Shown here: in pieces, positions 57,001 through 64,000 of the stretch
Layout of the letters: every line of letters begins with the position of its first letter
How positions within the stretch are numbered: the stretch's first letter is position 1
Assembly (NCBI GenBank): GCA_012519085.1
Contig: JAAYQX010000026.1
Span: 2,425-66,424 of the forward strand
From: Clostridiaceae bacterium
GTDB lineage: Bacteria; Bacillota; Clostridia; Saccharofermentanales; DTU023
Length of the DNA stretch: 64,000 bases
Direction: 5' to 3'
Notes under the pieces: model-generated
Databases searched by the model: none
What the model was told of the DNA's origin: nothing
The model's input: only the letters and a program-made list of their open reading frames with translations
Translations under genes and position numbers: made by a program

Positions 57001-58872
57001 ATGAAGATCAAAAAGGGTCAGATACAGGTTAGCACAGAAAATATTTTCCCCATAATCAGACAGTGGCTGTACTCAAATCGCGACATTTTCCTACGGGAGT
57101 TAGTTTCTAACTCGGCAGACGCTTTATCCAAACTAAGGCAACTTGCCAATATGGGTGAAATAGAATTAGATCAGGAGGAGTTTAGGATTGAGATCCGTTT
57201 CGATACTGGAACCGGTAAGCTGATGATTGTAGATAATGGCATTGGTATGACAGAGGCGGAGCTTGATAAATATATCAATCAAATTGCCTACTCAGGAATG
57301 ACTGACTTTGTCACATATTATCAAGAGCATGGCGGTGCTGAAGATGCCGGCTTTATTGGCCATTTTGGTCTGGGTTTTTACTCAGCATTTATGGTTGCCG
57401 AGAAAGTTGAGATAGACACCTTATCATGGCAGGAAGGCGCTACACCGGTACTCTGGCAAAGCGAGGAAGGTATTGAATATCAAATGAGTCCTGGGACCAG
57501 GAGCGAGCGAGGTACAACTATTACTCTTACACTAACGCCTGAAGATAGGGAATGGCTAACTTCTGCTGAGCTGAGACAAATTATCGATAAATATTGTCGT
57601 TTTATGTCCTGGCCCATCTATTACTTAACTGAGTCTGATACAGAAGCTGAATTATGGAATGATATTAATCTCATAACGGATAAAATCTCTGATCAAGAAG
57701 CTGTCAATATTGTGGAACCACTCTGGCTCAAGCCCCCTGCACAAATTTCCGATCAAGAATATATTACTTTCTATAAAGATACATTCAACAGTATCCAGGA
57801 GCCACTTTTCTGGGTCCATCTTAATATGGACTACCCGTTCAGGCTGAAGGGGATACTATATTTCCCTCAGATCAAAGATCATATTCAGACGTTAGAAGGA
57901 AGGATCTTACTTTTTTATAATCAGGTTTTTGTTTCCGATAATACCAAAGAGATTATTCCGGAATTTTTATTTCTACTGCAAGGGATGCTGGACTGTCCGG
58001 ATTTACCGCTCAATGTTTCGCGTAGCTTTCTGCAGAACGATCCCTCGTTCAAAAGATTATCACAACATATTGTGCGCAAGGTGGCAGAACGTCTCAATAA
58101 GTTAAACACCGAAGAGAGAGAGTACTATGAGAGTGTATGGCCCAAGATTAGCCTTTTTGTTAAATACGGCATTCTCTCTGATCAAAAATTTTATGAATAT
58201 GTTAAGCCCTCTTTGCTATTCGCTACTACAAAAGGCAAATATTTATCTGAACAGGAATTGCCTGCAGACAAGGTGCTCTATACCCCGGCTGCTGATCAAT
58301 TGGCAGTTCATGTCAGGATTGCTGAAGAGCAGGAAATACCAGTGCTGATTATGGATCAAGAAATTGATACGCCACTGATGTCATTTATTGAATATCACAG
58401 CCAAGGGAAGAGACAATTCGTCAGAGCTGATTCTGACTATTCAGTAGAAGCAGATAATGACCTGAGTCATTTGATGGATCTGTTTCCCACTGCTACTGAC
58501 TTTAAAATATCAGGTTTCAAATTATCGCCTTTAGGAATTAATGCACCTCCTGCCATTTTGCATGAGCCTGAAGAAATGCGTCGTATCAGAGAGTTTTCTC
58601 AACAAATGGCTCTTGATGCGCAAATGCCGGCCGACAAGAAGGAGGAGCTAACTAAACAGCAAATGGAGCTATTGCTAAATGAAGATTCTAAGCTAATAAC
58701 CAGCCTGCTGCGAATGAATGAGTTACCTGAACGTAAAGAGTCAGCTAGGAGATTGGCATCATACATTTTTGATTTGACTAGGCTGGCTCAAGGCCTTTTG
58801 AGCGGTGAAGATCTGGCTGACTTTATCGATAGGTCTACCCGTCTGGCGGAACAAACACTGGAGTCGCAGTAA
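57001..58872 (+). CDS. htpG: Molecular chaperone HtpG (Hsp90)
   Basis: IFLRELVSNSADAL, DNGIGMT and GHFGLGFYSAFMVA (GHKL ATPase motifs). I prefer the ATG at 57001 over the track start at 56968. Confidence 0.9.
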   Translation: MKIKKGQIQVSTENIFPIIRQWLYSNRDIFLRELVSNSADALSKLRQLANMGEIELDQEEFRIEIRFDTGTGKLMIVDNGIGMTEAELDKYINQIAYSGMTDFVTYYQEHGGAEDAGFIGHFGLGFYSAFMVAEKVEIDTLSWQEGATPVLWQSEEGIEYQMSPGTRSERGTTITLTLTPEDREWLTSAELRQIIDKYCRFMSWPIYYLTESDTEAELWNDINLITDKISDQEAVNIVEPLWLKPPAQISDQEYITFYKDTFNSIQEPLFWVHLNMDYPFRLKGILYFPQIKDHIQTLEGRILLFYNQVFVSDNTKEIIPEFLFLLQGMLDCPDLPLNVSRSFLQNDPSFKRLSQHIVRKVAERLNKLNTEEREYYESVWPKISLFVKYGILSDQKFYEYVKPSLLFATTKGKYLSEQELPADKVLYTPAADQLAVHVRIAEEQEIPVLIMDQEIDTPLMSFIEYHSQGKRQFVRADSDYSVEADNDLSHLMDLFPTATDFKISGFKLSPLGINAPPAILHEPEEMRRIREFSQQMALDAQMPADKKEELTKQQMELLLNEDSKLITSLLRMNELPERKESARRLASYIFDLTRLAQGLLSGEDLADFIDRSTRLAEQTLESQ

Positions 58873-58899
58873 TAATTTAATCGCAAGGAGAATAACGCC

Positions 58900-61800
58900 A
58901 TGACTTACGGTTCAGAATATCTGCAGCGCATCTATTTCATGAATCGACCGGATTTGGATACGATGGAGCAGGCTCTATTGCTCGAGTTGAAAAATTTTTT
59001 AGGAGTAGACTCTTTGCAAGAGATGGTTGTTCTTTCTCGCGTCGATTTCTTTAGTACATCGAGACATGAAACTGAAATGATTGTTGATCTGATTGCTGAC
59101 CCCACTTTAGGGATCGTAATATTTGCTCGCAAGGATGGCTCGCCGAATCTGCAGCAAGCAAATTTAAAAGAGCCGGACTATGAATTAATAGTCGAACCAA
59201 TTGATGGTCAATATGATCAAGAATCTGATTTGATAGCACAATCCATACAGATATCACTGGGAAGAGCAGCCGGAACAGTCAAATCTGCCAGACATTATCT
59301 GTTTTACGGCGATCTTAGCCTAGCAGACAGACAGAAGATCAGAGCTTGGCTGGTTAATCCCGTTGAAAACCGGTCGGGTACTGCCAGTTTTATAGAATCT
59401 GACATTATTCATGAAGATGTGCCGCAGACGATTCCAGTATATAAAGGTTTTACTGAACTGAGCTCAGAAGGACTAAATGCTTTCTGTGTTGATCAGCAAT
59501 TGGCCATGACTACGGCTGATTTGCGGCACATTCAGGCACATTTCCTGGAGATCGGGCGTGATCCCACTTTAACTGAGATTAGAGTCCTTGATACCTACTG
59601 GTCCGATCATTGTCGGCATACTACCTTCAATACCGAGCTGATACGAGTTGATTTCCCGGAGCAGTTTGACCAAGATTTGCGTGAACATATTAAGTCCAGT
59701 TGGCATCATTATCTCTCATGGCATCAGTTTTTTGATCAGCAAAAGGGAAGTAAGAGTCCTGTAACTCTAATGGATTTGGCCACTATCTGCACCAAAATAC
59801 TCAAAACTAAATTTGATCTCAGTGATCTTGATGAGTCTGAAGAAATTAATGCTTGCAGTATCCGTGTGACAGTGAAACAGGATGGAATCGATAAAGATGT
59901 CCTCCTTATGTTCAAGAATGAAACGCATAATCACCCGACAGAAATAGAACCTTTCGGCGGTGCGGGCACTTGCCTGGGTGGTGCCATTCGCGACCCATTA
60001 TCAGGCAGGGCATATGCTTTTCAGGCGATGAGAGTTTCAGGGGGAGCGGATCCCAGGCAGAATTATGAGAGCGTCCGGCCCGGTAAGCTGGCTCAGCGTT
60101 ACATTGCTAAGCAAGCCAGCTTAGGTTACAGCAACTACGGCAATCAGATTGGCATAGCTGCGGGACATTTAGCTGAATTTTATCATCCACGCTTTGAAGC
60201 TAAGAGGCTTGAGGCCGGTGCAATTATGGCGGCAGTGCCAGCCGATCAGGTGAGGAGGGAGCGTCCCCTGGCCGGTGACATTGTTATCCTGGTTGGCGGC
60301 AGAACAGGAAGAGACGGTATTGGTGGCGCCACCGGATCGTCGCAAAGTCATCATAAGTCCTCGCATCGACTCAGTGCTGCCGAAGTGCAAAAGGGGAATC
60401 CCTATCTGGAGCGAAATTTGCAGCGCTTATTTCAAAGGCCGGAACTAGCAAAATTAATTAAGAGATGTAACGATTTTGGTGCTGGCGGTGTATCGGTAGC
60501 AATTGGCGAGTTAGCCGAGGGGCTGCTGATTAATCTGGATGCTGTTCCGTTGAAGTATGAAGGACTAGACGGTACTGAAATTGCTCTTTCTGAATCACAG
60601 GAAAGAATGGCTGTAGTGGTTTCAGCAGATGAGGCAACTTTATTTTGCCAGTATGCTGCGGAAGAAAATTTGGAAGCGACAGAAGTAGCGGTAGTGACAG
60701 AAGAACCTGTTCTTAAAATGATTTGGCAAGGTCAGACGATCGTCGAACTACAAAGAGATTTCTTGGCCACTAATGGTGCAAGGCAGCAGACCTCAGCATT
60801 ATTTTCTCCGTCTCAAGCTCAGAGCTGGTTTACAGGGGCAGAATCTGCGCACGGTTTTGTTGCTAGATTGTCGGAGTTACTATCTGATATTTCGCAATGT
60901 TCGCGGCGGGGTTTGATTGAGTGTTTTGACCACACTGTTGGTGCCGGCACCGTTCTGTTGCCACTTGGCGGCAAAACGCAGTTGACACCGGAAATGGGTA
61001 TGGCAGCGCAAATTCCAACCGGTCCGGGTGAATTGTCCGATTCAGTATCGCTTATGACCTGTGGCTACGATCCTTATCTTGCTGAAGCAAGCCCGTACCA
61101 TGCCGGTTATTTTGCTGTCCTGTCAGCTTTAAGTAAAATTCTGGCTATGGGTGGAAATCCTTTTCAAGCCAGATTAAGTCTGCAGGAATACTTCGGGAAA
61201 ACGGTTGATCCCCAGAGCTGGGGCCAACCACTGACTTCATTATTAGGCGCCTTCGACGCAATGCTGGGCTTTGGCGTACCCGCCATAGGCGGCAAAGACA
61301 GTATGTCCGGAACTTTTGAAAATTTGAGTGTACCGCCTTCACTGATTGCTTTTGCTGTTGGTCTTACCTCTGTCGATAAAGTTATTTCAGCAACTCTGAA
61401 AGCTGCAGGACAGAAAGTTTATGCTTTTATTGTGCCACTGGATGAAATCTGTATCGTTGATCTCGAGCCTTGGCTGAAAACCCTGTCGTTCATATATGAA
61501 AGCTGCCAGAGTAATCAAGTTCAAAATATAATTGCTGTTGACGGTGGAGGACTTGCGGTTGCTGTAACAAAAGCCTTAATGGGTGAGGCCCTGGGCTTCA
61601 AATTTTCATGCAATAATAATTTGGATCTATTTAAGCCTGCACCCGGCAGTCTAATCGTAAGTTTTGACGAAAGTGTAGCAGAAGCTGATATAGTTGCCGC
61701 AGGGGGGATTTTTCTGGGTGCAACTACTGGTGATGGTCAGCTCTCATATGATAACGAAAATATTGGCCTTGCAGAGTTGTTAAGGATTTGGCTGGAACCG

Positions 61801-62697
61801 CTGGCAGAGATATATCCCGCATCAGTGTATCCAATTGAGGCAGAAAATCTGTTGTCTGACGCCAAACTCATGCCAAATTTCTATAAAACAGGGCCGGCTG
61901 TCGTTCTCAAAAAAGCAAAACCTAGAGTTTTAATACCGATTTTACCCGGAACTAATAGTGAAAACGACATGGCATCCGCCTTTAAACGAGCTGGCGCCGA
62001 AGTCGAGCTCCCGGTGTTTCGCAATCGTTGTCAGGAGGAAATCGCAGACAGCATATGCGAACTTAAAGCTAGCTTGAATCGGGCACATATATTGACATTC
62101 CCCGGCTCTGCGGAGGGTATTGCCTATTCAGTATTCAGCCAGCCTTCAGTTGCTGAAAATCTGATGAATTGGCTGGAAGATAAGAATCATTTGATACTCG
62201 GTGTAGGCAGAGGCTTTGCTGAATTGCTGGAATTAGGCTTGTTGCCATATGGGAAAATACAAACTCGAAATCCTGAAATGCCGGCTCTTGCGCCTAACAG
62301 CAGAGGAGGCAGCTTCATATCGCGTACAGTAACTACAAGATATATGAATGTCCGATCACCTTGGTTACAGCTGCATACCCCGGATTTACTTGAGAGGGTA
62401 CCTATTGCCGGCGATAGAGGCCGTCTAATAGCTTCAATGGAAACCTTGGACTTTATGACAGAACAAAATGTAATAGCATTTTGTTATGCCGATGCCATGG
62501 GTGAGCCAACCGGATTCGAGCCTTGGAATCCGACAGGCTCCATTTGGGGGATTGAAGGATTAATTAGTCCTGATGGAAGAATACTGGGGAAATTTGCTCA
62601 AATCGAACGCATAAGAGCGACCAATTCCCAAAATGATGACACTATTCGCTATAGCCAGGCAATATTCCAAAGTGCCCTTAAATGGCTCGGTGATTGA
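58900..62697 (+). CDS. purL: Phosphoribosylformylglycinamidine synthase, single-chain large form (PurS-PurL-PurQ fusion type)
   Basis: 1265 aa with DTYWSDHCRHTTF, FKNETHNHPTEIEPFGGAGT and a C-terminal glutaminase-like domain. AAGGAGA ribosome binding site. Confidence 0.9.
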   Translation: MTYGSEYLQRIYFMNRPDLDTMEQALLLELKNFLGVDSLQEMVVLSRVDFFSTSRHETEMIVDLIADPTLGIVIFARKDGSPNLQQANLKEPDYELIVEPIDGQYDQESDLIAQSIQISLGRAAGTVKSARHYLFYGDLSLADRQKIRAWLVNPVENRSGTASFIESDIIHEDVPQTIPVYKGFTELSSEGLNAFCVDQQLAMTTADLRHIQAHFLEIGRDPTLTEIRVLDTYWSDHCRHTTFNTELIRVDFPEQFDQDLREHIKSSWHHYLSWHQFFDQQKGSKSPVTLMDLATICTKILKTKFDLSDLDESEEINACSIRVTVKQDGIDKDVLLMFKNETHNHPTEIEPFGGAGTCLGGAIRDPLSGRAYAFQAMRVSGGADPRQNYESVRPGKLAQRYIAKQASLGYSNYGNQIGIAAGHLAEFYHPRFEAKRLEAGAIMAAVPADQVRRERPLAGDIVILVGGRTGRDGIGGATGSSQSHHKSSHRLSAAEVQKGNPYLERNLQRLFQRPELAKLIKRCNDFGAGGVSVAIGELAEGLLINLDAVPLKYEGLDGTEIALSESQERMAVVVSADEATLFCQYAAEENLEATEVAVVTEEPVLKMIWQGQTIVELQRDFLATNGARQQTSALFSPSQAQSWFTGAESAHGFVARLSELLSDISQCSRRGLIECFDHTVGAGTVLLPLGGKTQLTPEMGMAAQIPTGPGELSDSVSLMTCGYDPYLAEASPYHAGYFAVLSALSKILAMGGNPFQARLSLQEYFGKTVDPQSWGQPLTSLLGAFDAMLGFGVPAIGGKDSMSGTFENLSVPPSLIAFAVGLTSVDKVISATLKAAGQKVYAFIVPLDEICIVDLEPWLKTLSFIYESCQSNQVQNIIAVDGGGLAVAVTKALMGEALGFKFSCNNNLDLFKPAPGSLIVSFDESVAEADIVAAGGIFLGATTGDGQLSYDNENIGLAELLRIWLEPLAEIYPASVYPIEAENLLSDAKLMPNFYKTGPAVVLKKAKPRVLIPILPGTNSENDMASAFKRAGAEVELPVFRNRCQEEIADSICELKASLNRAHILTFPGSAEGIAYSVFSQPSVAENLMNWLEDKNHLILGVGRGFAELLELGLLPYGKIQTRNPEMPALAPNSRGGSFISRTVTTRYMNVRSPWLQLHTPDLLERVPIAGDRGRLIASMETLDFMTEQNVIAFCYADAMGEPTGFEPWNPTGSIWGIEGLISPDGRILGKFAQIERIRATNSQNDDTIRYSQAIFQSALKWLGD

Positions 62698-62813
62698 CAA
62701 TTGGAGCAAGATCAGATAAAATAATCAGACTTATAAACTCATTAACTAATTCGTGGATGGTTATTACTTATTATTTGTCCATGGAAAGGGAAGAGGGTTA
62801 AAGAAAACTTATT

Positions 62814-64000
62814 ATGTTAAAAACGAAACTCGATAAACTGCTAATTGCGGTTGCGACTTTATTGTGCGTTATTGTGGCAGCAGTATTCGTCAGCGATCGC
62901 TTAAAACAGCAGGCTCCTGTTCGTAGCTTTGAGCGCATACCTGCTAGGTCAGTTTCGGATGAAAAGATTATTACTCCTGAGCTCGCAGGACGCAAGGAAA
63001 CCCCCACCGATGAAACTACTGAACCTGATGTGTCTGCTGAAGAAAGTACTGCGGTAGAAACTACTATTGCCGCTGCTGAGGCAGTCCCGCCCGTTGCTAA
63101 GCAAAATGATGTTCCGGTTGTCGAGAAGTCTAATGTTGAAGAGTCCGATTCCGAGATAGCTGTAACTACAGTTTCTTCTGTTTGGAAGAGCTGTGATCTG
63201 ACGCGTTATACTGTCATGAATACTAGATTGCGAGCACAGGCCAGCGCTGAGTCTGATCAGGACATCATTGATGTACTAGCAAGTGGTGAAAAGGTTAATG
63301 TAATATCCCGTAGTGATAGTTGGTCTGAGGTCATTGACAGTAAAGGTCGCAAGGGTTTCATCTTATCTGAGCTGCTAAGCAAGAATCCGCCCCAGTCTAA
63401 GCCCAAAACCGTAAAGGTGAATCGGACCAAATATACGGCTGTTGATCTGAGAATGCGTAAGCAGCCTAATGCTGATGGCGAGTATATGTTAACAATTCCG
63501 AAAGGTGAAGCAGTTATAGAACTTTCACTGCAAGGAGATTGGTCATTAATAGAATATTCCGATTTGAAAGGTTATGTTAACAATCCTTATCTGACGACTA
63601 AAAAACCGACTAGGAAAAATTCGACAACAACTACCACTCAGACTCTGACTACAAGTAAGGAGCAAACCAGTGCCCCTACCAGTGCACCAACTACTGTTGC
63701 AACTGACCCTCCTGCTACTGAGAAAAAAGCTGAACCAACAGAGGAGAAAGCTACTTCACCTCCCGAGAGCAACAGCGATGAGGTGACTTCTGAAACAAAT
63801 CCACCCGTTGAAAAATCAGGGACTATCACCGATCTGGGCCTTGTCAAACCTCGGGGGAATTTCAATGAGAAAAGTTTCAGTAGTTCTTATAATAGAGCTG
63901 CTGCAAGAACAAATATGAACAAGATCAAAAGATTGATTAGTCGCGATACCGGCATACCAGGCCGCACCTATAACAAATTCTCGGTTGATGAAGCTGCGGG
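62814..64000 (+). CDS. Membrane-anchored protein with two SH3b-like repeats and Thr/Pro-rich linkers; 3' end leaves the window
   Basis: Absent from the ORF track because it runs off the edge. My translation from the ATG at 62814 reads MLKTKLDKLLIAVATLLCVIVAAVFVS... It contains two similar modules (TRLRAQASAESDQDIIDVLASGEKVNVISRSDSWSEVIDSKGRKGFI and DLRMRKQPNADGEYMLTIPKGEAVIELSLQGDWSLIEYSDLKGYV), then TTTTTQTLTTSKEQTSAPTSAPTT. The frame is open to 64000. Confidence 0.6.
   Translation, partial: MLKTKLDKLLIAVATLLCVIVAAVFVSDRLKQQAPVRSFERIPARSVSDEKIITPELAGRKETPTDETTEPDVSAEESTAVETTIAAAEAVPPVAKQNDVPVVEKSNVEESDSEIAVTTVSSVWKSCDLTRYTVMNTRLRAQASAESDQDIIDVLASGEKVNVISRSDSWSEVIDSKGRKGFILSELLSKNPPQSKPKTVKVNRTKYTAVDLRMRKQPNADGEYMLTIPKGEAVIELSLQGDWSLIEYSDLKGYVNNPYLTTKKPTRKNSTTTTTQTLTTSKEQTSAPTSAPTTVATDPPATEKKAEPTEEKATSPPESNSDEVTSETNPPVEKSGTITDLGLVKPRGNFNEKSFSSSYNRAAARTNMNKIKRLISRDTGIPGRTYNKFSVDEAA

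Overview
The window reads as chromosomal DNA from a low-to-moderate GC, Firmicutes/Clostridia-like anaerobe. Supporting signs are GGAGG-type ribosome binding sites, a CIRCE/HrcA heat-shock operon, pta-ackA and a glycine reductase operon. All calls come from reading the sequence and recognising motifs by eye; no searches were run.

The dominant feature is a contiguous selenium block of about 16.8 kb (5313..22088). It holds tRNA-Sec (selC), a SagB-like oxidoreductase, grdX-grdE-grdB-trxB-trxA-grdA-grdC-grdD and selD. It continues with a class-V desulfurase/selenocysteine-lyase-like gene, yedE, a yedF-like gene, DUF3343, selA and selB. Three genes in it (grdB, grdA, selD) contain in-frame UGA selenocysteine codons. 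The ORF track splits or truncates all three, and each UGA is followed 7-12 nt later by a small hairpin with a G-rich loop.

Other content, left to right:
- a truncated Opp/Dpp-type ABC operon whose second ATPase gene is frameshifted
- an FMN riboswitch driving ribU plus a monofunctional riboflavin kinase
- a zinc-ribbon/TPM-domain pair and an acyl-CoA synthetase
- gltX and glnS
- a DUF5685, cysteine-string J-protein and membrane protein cassette
- two divergent, apparently catalytically degenerate hydrolase homologues
- hemW-hrcA-grpE-dnaK-dnaJ with a perfect CIRCE
- a DEDD exonuclease, tmcAL-tyrS, pta-ackA, rpmF, der and mltG
- membrane proteins, glgP, a PC4-like protein, a sortase, htpG, large purL and a partial SH3b protein

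I saw no CRISPR array, transposase, integrase, prophage or recognisable defence system. The candidates most worth follow-up are the cysteine-string J-protein cassette, the degenerate hydrolase pair, the orphan SagB-like gene in the selenium block, and several unexplained palindromes and RNA structures. None of these is proven to be a new system.
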